DNA of 58,834 nucleotides, from positions 744,001 to 802,834 of the forward strand of contig JAVKOQ020000001.1 of NCBI GenBank assembly GCA_031835245.2. Direction: 5' to 3'. The notes under the pieces are model-generated. The model ran no database searches. It was given only the letters and a program-made list of their open reading frames with translations, and was not told the DNA's origin. Of this stretch, positions 12,638-23,622 are shown one piece after another (the stretch's first letter is position 1; each line of letters opens with the position of its first letter). Both the position numbers and the translations under genes were made by a program. Origin of the DNA: Balamuthia mandrillaris (taxonomy: Eukaryota).

Positions 12638-13691
12638 ATGACGGAAGGCGAAGGGAAGCACTTCACCTTTGACTTGTTTCCAGACGTTACCCTGCGTTTG
12701 TTCCTCTTTCGAAATGTGAGAAACATGCAAGAGATCATGCAAAAGTTGCTCAAACGAGAGCTAGAGTTGGCCTTGATGTCTCCCTCCAATGTAGGTAGCG
12801 ATGGATTACCGTGCTGCTCTCTTCTATTTTTTTTTCTTTCCTCACTCTGCCCGTAGGTTTGTGATGAGTTTCAGATCCTTGTCGCTGCCAACCGGGCGGT
12901 TCATTCTCAAAGCACAGGGAAGCTCTCTACCAACAACATCCATTCAGAGCTTGTCTACAACCTCTCTGGAGCACATAATGTTCGTTCTCGTTTTCTCTCA
13001 TCTTTCGATCTCTTTGTCGTTCTCTTCGCCCTTCTCTTTGTCTGTCCGTCTTTGTCTCTATCTTGTCTATGCCTCTCTGTCTCTCTCCAAGAACTAAACA
13101 CAGCGCATGTGGAGTGCTCACATTTCAAGTTCTTTAAAAATGAGCAGATATCAGAAGCATTGCGGAAGTTTGGCATGTCTACAGCGGAGACAAACCTTTT
13201 GGTCGGCCTTTTTAATGCTGACGAAGCCAAGGTTACCCTCTTATTCTGTTCTCTCTTTCGTTACATGTTCCTTTTATTGCTTATGGCGTTTCTCTTCTTT
13301 TCTGTGCTCATTCTCGTTCCCTCTGTTCTTTCGCGTTCTTCTCCTTGTTGTTGTTCTATCACTTTAGTTGAGGAACGTAAGTGAGCTCGTTCAAGGAGAA
13401 CAGGTTCCTTTGAGCGAGTTATCTACCCTCTTTAACCTCCAAAAAGCCAAAAAGGTAAACTTCTCCGTCCTTCCATCTTTTCATCATTCGCTTCTCTCTC
13501 TCTCTGTCTCTCTCTCTGTCTCTCTCTGTCTCTCTCTGTCTCTCTCTCTCTCCTTCTATCGTCCTCTGCTTCTCTCATTCTGTTCTCCTTTGTTGTTTGT
13601 TCCAAAGAACTACAAGCTGAGCGCAGAGGAAGAACGGGGAGGGGACTTGGTGGGCGCACTTGTGACGAGGATTGCAGGGCGTGGTTGTTAG
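12638..13691 (+). CDS. CGI121: EKC/KEOPS complex subunit Cgi121/TPRKB
   Basis: Spliced product ...LFLFRNVRN...LALMSPSNVCDEFQILVAANRA...TTTSIQSELNT...NEQISEALRKFGMS...LLVGLF...YKLSAEE...LVTRIA follows the Cgi121 pattern. Confidence 0.85.
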
Positions 13692-13939
13692 GTCGATTTC
13701 TGCCCTCTTCCATTTCTCATCCGCCCCACCCTATGCCGCAAAAAGAAGAAAGAAAAACGGAACGAAAGAAGAAACGACAAAGAACACCAGTTCAATGAAA
13801 GCGATCAAAGAAAGAAACTGGAATAAAAAAAACTTCAGTGATGAGGATTCGATGATGAGGAACAACAACCCTTGTTCTTCTTTTTTTTATTGTTTGTTTT
13901 TTGAAAAAATAATTTAGAATAAGGAGAGAAGAGAAGAAG

Positions 13940-15103
13940 ATGGAAGGAGGAGGTAACGCACCTGAGCTCGATCTGATCAAGTTTCCACGAACGCATCACA
14001 TCTTTGACGCGGGCGGCGGCGTGGGCAGGGACGACCTGCTCATGAGCCCGGAGGAGGCCAAGGTCTGGCACCAAAAGTACGTCTACGTGGAGGAAAAGGT
14101 GGACGGCAGCAACCTGGGCATCAGCCTCACCGCCGACTACCAGCTCCGCTTTCAGAACCGCTCTCACTTTGTGAATACCGCTACCCAAGCTCAGGTTTTT
14201 TGTTCTTCTCTTCTCTTCTCTTCTTCTTTGTTTCCGTCGTGAGGAGAGAACTCGAAGAAACAAAATCTAATCGTAACCGAATGAATCTATGTACGTAGTG
14301 GGGACAATTGGAGGCATGGGTGCAACAACATCCTGGACTCCTTGAGGTGCTAACGCCGGACCGGATCCTGTTTGGTGAATGGTTTGTGTTCTTCAACTTC
14401 AGTTTCGGCTTTTTTCTCCGTAAAAAGCTTGGTTTTGCTGACTGACTTGTTCCATCTTTAAAACAAACAGGATGTACGCGAGGCACTCGATCCACTACAC
14501 ACATCTTCCCGACTTATTCATTGCCTTTGATATTTACGACAAGAAACAAGGTACTTCTCGCCCTCTCTTTTTCAACAACACCAAAACCATGATCTTTTGC
14601 AACCCCTTTCATCAAGGTGCTTTATCTTCTCATCAAAAAAATCATCACCAAAAGGCAAATTTTTGAGTGTGAAGTCACGCAACGAGCTGTTGGAAGGAAA
14701 GGGCATCGCGGTGGTTCCATTGCTGGCGGAGGGCGTTCTCAGCAGGGAGGACATGCAGAGGCTGTTGGACAGCCCGTCCAGCTTTAGAGGGGATGGCGGC
14801 TTTGTGGAGGGCATCTACGTGCGGATAGACCAAGGCCGCGGCAACGAGGACGATGGCTTTCCTTGGCACAGCAACAACAACGACAAAAAGAAGAGGCAAG
14901 GCAAGAGAGGAGGAGGAGCGCAGAAGAAGGCGGAAGAGAAGAGGAACGGCAGCACCAATAGTAATGAAGGAGAAGAAGAGAACGCTGAGCAACGGACGTA
15001 TTTGTTGGCGAGGGCCAAGGTTGTGCGGCATGACTTTTTGGAGGAGGATATCACGCATTGGTCTCGACAAAAGTTGGTCAAGAACATTGTACGCTACGAG
15101 TAA
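13940..15103 (+). CDS. ATP-dependent RNA ligase (nucleotidyltransferase, Rnl/PF09414-type)
   Basis: N-terminal KFPRTHH, motif I EEKVDGSN, QNRSH, motif III LFGEW, HSIHYxxLP, motif IIIa FIAFDI, motif IV EGIYVR, motif V RAKVVR. Four exons. Confidence 0.88.
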
Positions 15104-15245
15104 GGTGGTAATGGCATTGGTCTATCGTTCTTCCACTCGCCATTCGTTTAAAAAATAAAAGGTTTGTACTTTTGTTTGTTCACTCTTCATTCTCTTTCTC
15201 TAACACTCAAAAAAGAGTTCTCTCTTTCTCTTCTGCGCTTATCTT

Positions 15246-15248
<3 letters not shown>

Positions 15249-15324
<76 letters not shown>
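15249..15324 (+). repeat. (CT)n microsatellite downstream of the RNA ligase
   Basis: About 75 bp of nearly pure CT repeat. Confidence 0.9.
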
Positions 15325-15326
<2 letters not shown>

Positions 15327-15660
15327 TTTTCACTTGTGTAGGAAGGCTACGATTGGGCCAGAGTAAGTTTTGAACCATTTTAGGAGATGCAGCCCGTGCC
15401 CATTCAAAGAACTAAAGTCAAGCCAACAAAGGAGAGGTTTGTTTGTTTTTGTAGACACCCCAACCGTTAGGAACTGAGCTTGCTTGCCCCGCAACGCAAG
15501 CTTTCTCCCAGGAAAGCAAGCGAGTTTCGATTAGCTTTCAACTTCAAACGATTGAGTAGAAGAGAAAAGGTCTCTTACTAGTATTAGATTATCGAAAGGA
15601 CGATGCGACACGTTTAAGTGACACCCTCAACACCCCTTCGACAACAACGAAACAAATAAG

Positions 15661-17594
15661 ATGGATAAGGAAGCCGTCGAGAAAGATAGCACACACCCCT
15701 TTCCTGTCCCGCAAACAACACAGGAAGAAAATACAAACAAGAACAAGCCAATAACACCCACAATAACCACTACCACTACAGACGAGCCCGCGCTCTCCTC
15801 CTCCTCTCCGCCAAGAAAGAACAGCTTGGCAAAATCTTTCTTCTCTCCGCGTCTGACCGCTTCCCGAAAGGGACTCCGAAAGGCTCTTGAAACGGGAGCC
15901 TTGGGTGGAGACTCCGACAGCAAAGAGGATGGCATTCCTGCCCCAAAATATACTCTTGAAAAGGTTCCTTATGCTCTTTCACCTTTGTTCTGGTCTATGC
16001 TATCTGCTTTTTCTTCTGTTTCGTTCTTCTGATCTTTCGTTTGGTTTCAGCTTTTGTTATCGCCAAGCATGGGAGTGGTCTCAGCGCTAGTGCATTCTGT
16101 CTCGGCAAAAGTTTACGACGACTTGGCTTCAGCTCTTTTGACGGTATTCCACGCCAACGGTAAAGGCCAACGCCTCATTATATGGGCCATCGACAAGGAG
16201 CTCAAAGTGGAGAAGAAACCAACCACATTGTTTCGCGGGCTGAGCTTGGCTGCCACCCTCATGAGCCGATACTTTCAGATCAGCGCTTCGGAGTACCTCA
16301 AAAGCGTGATGAAGCCTTTTCTCAAAGAACTCAAGTCAAAGCACGTTGATATAGAGGTAAGTCGCCCGTTTGTTCCTTCTCGTATCCGTTTTTTTTTTGT
16401 TTTATTCATTGCTTCACTGTTGATGTTCTTGGCGTTTTATTCCTTTTGTAAAGGTGGATCCAGCAAAGCTTCCAAAAGGAGGAGACAACACAACAACACT
16501 GCTTGCCAATCAAGCACGCCTGCGAGAGTACTGCCAAAAGCTGTTCGACATTATCGTGGAGTCAATCGACCGGTTCCCCACCAGCCTCAAAACCATCTTT
16601 CACTTTGCGCAACAGACCATTTTGGAGCGGTTTCCGGAGATGGGTTATCAGCTCGTTGGAGGGTTCTTCTTTTTGAGGTTCTTGTGCCCGGCCCTAGTTG
16701 CTCCCACTGCTTATAAACTCCAAGATACAGGTTTGAAAAAACAAGACTTTGCTTTCTTCTTTTCTTTTCCTGTTTTTGCTTTGTTGTTTCTTGCTTTTAT
16801 TTTTGTGTTATGGTGTTTATCTTTCATATTCCGTTCTTTCTGCTTGTAGTTCACCCATAACAACAAACAACAAACAGAACCAACACCAGAAGTGCACCGC
16901 TCGTTGGTGTTGATAAGCAAAGTGCTGCAAAACTTGAGCAACGACGTCCGGTTCGGACAAAAAGAGGCCTTCATGATGTTCATGAACGACTTTTTGGCAG
17001 CCAATTCCGATGCTATGCGTGACTGCCTGCAGACGTTGGCGGCCCAACAACCTATATTGCCTTTTTCTGTGGAAGTAGAACACCACAAAAACAACAGATG
17101 TGAGTATTCGTGTTCTTGTGCATTGTTATTCTCGTTTCTCTCTTGTGCTTTTCTCATTAAGTCTTATTTCTCCTGTTTCTTTTTTCGCTTTATTCTGTTA
17201 TAGCTGCATCTTTTATAAAAAACGGAACAGAAATGGTGATGAACGGGATATCAACGCTTGGGCGGAAAGATGTTGCCGTTATAAAAGAAGAGAAAAAGAA
17301 AGAAGAAGCTCTCATCTACCTCACTAAAGTCATTTATAGATATTTACAACCTGTACTTACCAACCTTAAATCTACCAACCAAGTACGTCCCTTTAACTTT
17401 CATTCAATGTCTACCCTATTTGCATTTCTCTGTTCGTATGAGAAATTTTTTGCTTACCCTGATTGTTCATAAAGACGAAGATAGAAGGTCTCTTGATGGA
17501 AGCTCTCAGCCATATGAACACTCTCTACCGAGACGTGCTACCTACTGTTCCATTACCTCCAGAAGGTTCCTCTCTCTCTCTCTCTCTCTCTCTG

Positions 17595-17627
<33 letters not shown>

Positions 17628-19338
17628 CCTCTCCCTCCCTCCCCTGTTTTGCTCATTCTCTTCTTCAGACGACTATCCACAACGCCCAAAGAGGGCACTG
17701 ACATCAGTAGGAACGATGGGTCGCGCCTCATCTGCGCCGGGTCGAGCCACTGCCCTTACCTCTCTCAATGCATTACCTGCCTTCTCCTTTCAAAAGAACT
17801 CCACTTCTTCTCTGGACGTGCGTAAGGACCAACAAAAGCGGAGAGAACGCTCCAAGTCTAATTCGCCCTCCCACTCTCCCGCCGTCTCTCCTCGCGGAGA
17901 TAACAATGCCAATAATAACAGCAACAGTAATGTTAACAACAGCAATAACGTGGAACTGGCAAAGAAAACCCGGACAACATCGAGGAGGTCTTTATTGAAA
18001 CGTGCAACCTCAAGTTCGTCAAATACTGCGGGCTTGTTGACTGGTGGAGTAGCCTTTCTCTCTCCGGCGAGCGCCACCTCCACTGCTTCCTCATCTCCGA
18101 TGTCCTCTTCATCCTCCTCTCCAGCCGTTTCTCCTCTTCCCTCTCCCACGTTTGCTCCTGCCTCCCTGACTTCTTCCTCTGTAACTACCTTTCTTGAACC
18201 TTTGGACAACACTGGTTCCTCAAACAGCAGCAAATTAAGCAAGACCCGAAGCAGAGCCATCTCTTCTCTTTCTCTCGTCTCCCCTCGACGGCCCAAACCA
18301 ACCGTTCCCCTTAGCCACGATAGCAACAACAACCACGCCCACAATGCAATGAAAGGCCCCGAGCTAGTGCTTCGTTCCGAGAGAGTGCCTCAAACAATGT
18401 CAGCAGATGGAGGAGCCATGACCAATCGTGATGACACTCGTCTTCGTTTGTTGAAGGAGGTGCTGTTGGAGGAGACCATGAGGAGAAAGGAAGTAGAGGA
18501 AATGCTAGAAATGGAACAGAACACGCGCTTGGCGCTAGAGCAGAGGCTTCGGGACGAGCACCGCTGGAAGAGAAGCCTATGCATGCTTTGGCTGATGAGA
18601 GGAGATCCTGGTTGGGAAGAACAAATGGAGGAGATGATGCAGTCTATTAACCCTGGCTCACTCATCGACGGAGATGAGGATGATATTGGTGGTGATGTGG
18701 GTTTGGACAGAGCGGTGGCAGGCACGGAAACCGCTGCTGTTGCGGCTGAGCTGGATGGAGAAGAGATTGGTGAAGAGGATGAGCTAGTCATGATGATCCC
18801 CTCTTCTTCTTCCTTCCACTCCTCGCAGTCCCAGCAGGAAAACGGTAACTTGACAACAATAACAATGATGGGGAACCATCGTTCTGGTGATGGTGGTGCC
18901 CGACAAAACCGAAGTATGACCACCGATATGTCCTTCCGTCCAAAGCTTATACGACACAACAGTTCCTCCCAGACGTCGCAGCTGCGGTTGCAACGGCGGA
19001 ACAGTGCCACTTCCACCAAAAATCTGCTCCTCCCTACATCTTCTTCTTCACCCTCAACTCAGCAAGACAATGACACCGCATCAAGGTACCAACACAGCAG
19101 CAGCAACGACAAGGACTATTCTCCAATCAAAAAAGATAAAAAGGAGAAGAAACGAAGAGGTAATGGTAAAGATAACAAAGACACAACGAATCCATCAGAA
19201 CGGAGAAGTCACAGCCAGAAACATCACGGTGTGAACAAAAAAGAGAAAAAGGAAAGCAAAGATAAGTCAGGAAGCAAAGACAGACGACGGAGCCGAGCGC
19301 TCCCCAGCGATGAAGACGATCCTTTGTTGCTTGGATGA
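15661..19338 (+). CDS. Ras GTPase-activating protein (RasGAP domain) with a long Ser-rich/coiled-coil C-terminus
   Basis: Arginine-finger TTLFRGLSLAA, VGGFFFLRFLCPALVAP and RSLVLISKVLQNLSN...KEAFM motifs. Confidence 0.92.
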
Positions 19339-19461
19339 TATCCTCGTGTTCTCTCCTCTATCTTTGATGTATGCCATGTATTATAGTTTGAAAGCTACTC
19401 TAACTCCACAGACAAAGAGGAGAGACCTTTTTCGACCAAGGTATTGGTAGAAGGGGAGCGA

Positions 19462-20622
19462 CTATCGCACATTATTGGCCACACGATTCATCATTTCAAG
19501 AATAGCATCGAGGAGAAGAGAGGGATGCCCTGAAGGGATGTTGTGGTCATTGTCCAATGCTAATATGAATGTTCCTCGTCGGGAGAGCGCAGCCAGTTCC
19601 CTCTGCCCAAGAACCCACTCGTCCACCTTGGTCATAAAAGAAGTTAGCAATGGCGCGTTGCCAAACAAGAACAAACTAAATGAAACAACTTTAACGTACA
19701 AAATTGGCCATGAACGACGGAAAGCGACCAGCGCTTATAACTGTTAGAGGAAAGTCCCAAACGGGTATAGCCGTTGTGTCCTGAGAAGGGTGCTGCATGG
19801 GGTTGTTCTTTGTTTTAGCTCTGTGTTCTTCTATCCTTCCTTCCAAGTCACGCAAACTTTTCTCTTCGGCTAAAAACTCGCCCTCCACCATCTTCCAATA
19901 CTCGGGCCGACACTGCACCCAGCCCACAAAGCCCATGTCTTCATCTGCATAGAGAGGTCGCATCAACTCATCTTCGCTATTCTTCGCTTGTCTAACCACT
20001 CTGACCTCTGTAGCTGAGTCGTAGGTAGGGGTTTGGTGCTTCTTCCACTTTTGTTCTTCTTGAAGAAGTCTGTCTAATGCGATTTGACTTGGAGTGGCCT
20101 TCTTTCTCGCGACCTCCTTCTCTTCCTTCTTATCCTCAGTAGTAGAGGATAATAAGGTACCATCAAACGACGTTCCCCACTGATATATGTTATGGTAAGC
20201 CCAAGAAAGCCCCTGAAAGAACCGAACTAGGCCTAACCGAGCAAAAACAGGAGCCGCCTTCAGTGCCCACCCAACATATCCCTCCATCTTCTTTAAGTGG
20301 AGCGGTATCGTCACGTTGGGAGCAAGCATGTCCATCACGATCACTCCCACCACTTCTTCTTCCAGCCAACCTTTCTTGTTGTTGTTATTGTTGTGGTGAT
20401 AGTTTGCTGCTTCGTTTCGTTGATACCAGCGACCATAATTGGCGGCAAAGGTCAAAGCGTTGAGACCACCCCTGGAATGTCCTACCAGGATGAATGGCCC
20501 TTCCTCGCCGGCGGCCTGAAGCAATGCGCGCAGTTCCTCTGCCTCATTCTCTGCTGTCCGTGGTAATGGACTCTCCTCGCTGAAACCATATCTTTTGTTT
20601 TGTTTTGGTGTTAAAACCACAA

Positions 20623-20670
<48 letters not shown>

Positions 20671-21243
20671 AGGGGGAGAAACAAACCCTGCCCTATCGTA
20701 AAGGCACACTCGTGTACGTTGTTGCAAGCGAGACAACGCCATTAGGGCGTGGTACTCTTGCGCCATGGTCATGATAGAGTGGTCCAACACAACGGTGGGA
20801 TACAGTGACTCCTCTCCGTCACCCTGAACATGCTTCTTTTCCTCTTCCTCTCCGTCTTCAGTGTCTAAAGAGAAATGAAGGTTTTGACCAACGCAATGAA
20901 GATGGAGCGAAAAAGGATGTTCGCTTACTCCTTGTTTTGGCTGAATGGCGTAGAGGTGGCCGGGAGGAGTGAAGGACGTGGTCCACATGACCCACCCGTT
21001 GTAGAGCGTCAACATCATCAGCAAAAAACACCCCCCAATTACGAATTGCGCCAATACACGCCTAAACAAATCCCACAAAGATACCCCTGTTTTTTGTCGC
21101 TGCACAGAGAGCTCGTTCGGCACAGCCGTAGCAGAGGTTGCAGCACCATCGCCTCTGGCCGCATTTGCTCCGGAACTGGTCTCGCGCACCTGCGGGCCTT
21201 TTCTTCTCCGCGCCATCCCGTGGCACACCTTCCTTTTGGTCAT
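19462..21243 (-). CDS. Membrane-anchored alpha/beta hydrolase
   Basis: N-terminal TM segment, PPGHLY, LHLHCVG, RVCLYDRAG|YGFSE, nucleophile elbow GHSRGG and a C-terminal catalytic-His region DHNIP. The start codon is at 21243 or 21216. Confidence 0.85.
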
Positions 21244-21287
21244 TTCTTTTTCACACACTACTGCAAGTGATGAGATTAGATAGGAGA

Positions 21288-21345
21288 AAGGAGAGGAGAT
21301 TTTCCTGCCGAGTCCCCTCATTCAACAGGAAAATCTCCTCTCCTT
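21288..21345. repeat. Perfect 20-bp inverted repeat (hairpin/cruciform) with an 18-nt loop
   Basis: AAGGAGAGGAGATTTTCCTG (21288-21307) and its exact reverse complement CAGGAAAATCTCCTCTCCTT (21326-21345). Confidence 0.95.
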
Positions 21346-21424
21346 CTTTTGTCGACATATAATCCCCCACGGATGATTCTTTTTTTAATTCAAAAGTTTC
21401 GTAATTTAACGATCCACACCCCCA

Positions 21425-23422
21425 ATGCAGAAGCGCAGAGTGGAAAGCGAAAGGAAAGAAAAAAAAACAGAGATTAAAAAACAGCGCACCATGGAAGAAA
21501 GGAGAGAGGTTGAAACCAAATCTTTGCTCGACAAGAAGGAAACGTGGGCTTCCTACACCCTCGCCGACCGCGATAAGGCGGTGCACATGGTGAAGGAGCT
21601 GTGGAACTCACCTGAGGTGCAGGAAGGCGCATCCTCCCTGTTTCCCTTGTTCGAGTCGAAGGTGGTGGATAAAATCATTAAGCGTGTGGTGGCCAACGTG
21701 CTGGACACCCACCGCCCCTTGCATGAGCGCATCGGAGGCAACGGACAGAACCTGCTCATCACCGGCGTGCGAGGGGTGGGCAAGACCACCTTGATGCGGG
21801 GGCTCTGTGCCGTTCTCAGCAAACTGGAGGGGGAGCAGTTCCTCTTCCTCTATCATGACTTTGAAAGAGACCACGAGCTGGCCGCCACCTCTCTGCTGAA
21901 CCTCCTGAAGAAGAGGGTACCCGACTTGATTGGCCCCAAAGAGATGACCATGGAGGCCGCGATGCAGGTGCTTAGTGACAACAAGTACGAGGTGGCCTTT
22001 TTCCTGGACGAGATACAGGTTCTCTACGTGGCCCACGACCACCCAGCCCTTCTAGACCGCCGCAGGGTGGTAATGGACATCCTCACGGTGGGCAAGGTGG
22101 CCCGCAACTCCTTCGGCGTCTTGTCCGGCTCCAGCAGCAACGTACGAGCGATGGCTTACAAGGAAACTCCGCTTTCCCAGCAGAGCGAATATCCCAATCT
22201 GAATGACAACGTCTACAAAGAATATCACCTCTCTCCGGTGCGGGAGAAGAAAGAGCTGCTGACTGTGATGCAACAAATCCACCCCTCTGAGAATTTCCAG
22301 GATGAGGAGATCGAGAAGTGTTTCGCCGCCACCGGAGGGGTCGGTCGTGCTCTGCGAGCCTACATTTCCGACCCTTCATCCTACCACCCTTCCAACCGAA
22401 GTAGGTTCATGGAGGAACTTCAGCATCCAGCCTTCTTCGTATTGACCGCCACTTTGGCCAGGCACATGGCGTCAAACCCCTGGGATCTTGCGACACTTTC
22501 CCAGCAAGAAGTGCAAGTGACCATTCAGCCCCATCTCCAAATCAGAGAGACGTTCATCGACAAACTGAACTCTTGGTTGGACAAAGGGCTCCTCTATAGA
22601 ACGGAAACTCAGAGCTACCAGATCCTGGTTCCTAATGACTTAGACTTCTATCGGCAATACGTGCATGCACCGAACACGCCCACACATATCCTGCTACGTG
22701 CCGCCACCCTAGGTACACTCAAGGGTTGGGGACCCAGCGCGACCCCAGGCGGGTTGCTTGAGAGGTACATTTGCCAGCTGCTGTGCAAGAACACAGACGC
22801 ATGGCCTCCGCTCAGCGACATTGGACCCATTCCTTTCGGCAACGCGGTCAGTTTCAAAGCTGGACAAGCCCACACACTGCAATCTCTCGTCAACTGCTTC
22901 TTTTCTTTGGCTCAAGACTATGGATTGGACGGAGTGTTTATCTGCAAAAAACGGCACCACAACAACAAGGAAGAAAACATGGACAAAGAGAAAGAAGAAG
23001 AAGAAGAAGAAGAAGAAGAAGAAGAAGAAGAAGCAACAGAAGAAGACAGAGACTTGTACGAACTGCATATTCTGCAAGTGAAATGTGGGTCGCTGCAACG
23101 GAAAATCACTGCAGGAAAAAAGACACAACTGAGGTCGAAGAAGCCAGACGATCAAGTCATGTGGGGAATCATTGCAAAGGCGATCAAAGGCATCAACAAT
23201 CTTCTGGCACAGCTGGCGGGGATAGAGGGCCTCGATGCAAAGCACTTTCCCTGTTCTATCACCTTCACACTGGTAACCACCAAGGTCGTGACACAAGAAA
23301 GTGCACAAGTGCTCCAGGATTGCATCGAGGTCAATAACCAGCCGGTGAAGTGTCATCTGGTGCCCCAAGACAAGGTTCTCGCTTTGTTCTCAGAGGACCT
23401 TCGCCAAATTGCCTTATCCTGA
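21425..23422 (+). CDS. Intronless P-loop NTPase fused to a C-terminal PD-(D/E)xK restriction-endonuclease-like domain (Crinkler/RHS-effector-like)
   Basis: Uninterrupted 665-aa ORF (alternative start at 21491). Walker A GVRGVGKT, Walker B FFLDE, VLSGSS and ATGGVGR. The C-terminal region has a GGLLERYI helix, a GLDGVF strand and a HILQVK motif. Confidence 0.75.
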   Translation: MQKRRVESERKEKKTEIKKQRTMEERREVETKSLLDKKETWASYTLADRDKAVHMVKELWNSPEVQEGASSLFPLFESKVVDKIIKRVVANVLDTHRPLHERIGGNGQNLLITGVRGVGKTTLMRGLCAVLSKLEGEQFLFLYHDFERDHELAATSLLNLLKKRVPDLIGPKEMTMEAAMQVLSDNKYEVAFFLDEIQVLYVAHDHPALLDRRRVVMDILTVGKVARNSFGVLSGSSSNVRAMAYKETPLSQQSEYPNLNDNVYKEYHLSPVREKKELLTVMQQIHPSENFQDEEIEKCFAATGGVGRALRAYISDPSSYHPSNRSRFMEELQHPAFFVLTATLARHMASNPWDLATLSQQEVQVTIQPHLQIRETFIDKLNSWLDKGLLYRTETQSYQILVPNDLDFYRQYVHAPNTPTHILLRAATLGTLKGWGPSATPGGLLERYICQLLCKNTDAWPPLSDIGPIPFGNAVSFKAGQAHTLQSLVNCFFSLAQDYGLDGVFICKKRHHNNKEENMDKEKEEEEEEEEEEEEEATEEDRDLYELHILQVKCGSLQRKITAGKKTQLRSKKPDDQVMWGIIAKAIKGINNLLAQLAGIEGLDAKHFPCSITFTLVTTKVVTQESAQVLQDCIEVNNQPVKCHLVPQDKVLALFSEDLRQIALS

Positions 23423-23622
23423 GACAGCTGCTACGCCGTGAACTTCCTCTGTTACCTCGTTTTGTAGTTTTTGTGCGAATCAAGCAAGAATACCTCTCGC
23501 CGAACCCTCACTCTCCTCATTTTTGTCGTCTTGAGTCAATTTGTGTCGACGCCGCATTTGTCACTCGGGAAGTTAGTACGGCGGTGCCGTTTTTTTTCTG
23601 CGCCCAACCACAACAACAAACG

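Noticed and set aside
17790..19019. Long antisense ORFs opposite RasGAP (and similarly opposite the NTPase, ART, BEACH and DHRS12 genes)
   Set aside because: These are shadow frames of stop-poor coding sequence with no recognisable motifs.
21335..23530. Degenerate direct repeat (ctcctctccttcttttgtcgac / ctcactctcctcatttttgtcgtc) flanking the NTPase-REase ORF as a possible target-site duplication
   Set aside because: It is low-complexity and gapped, and is equally explained by ordinary pyrimidine-rich promoter sequence. It needs an empty-site comparison before it can be claimed.
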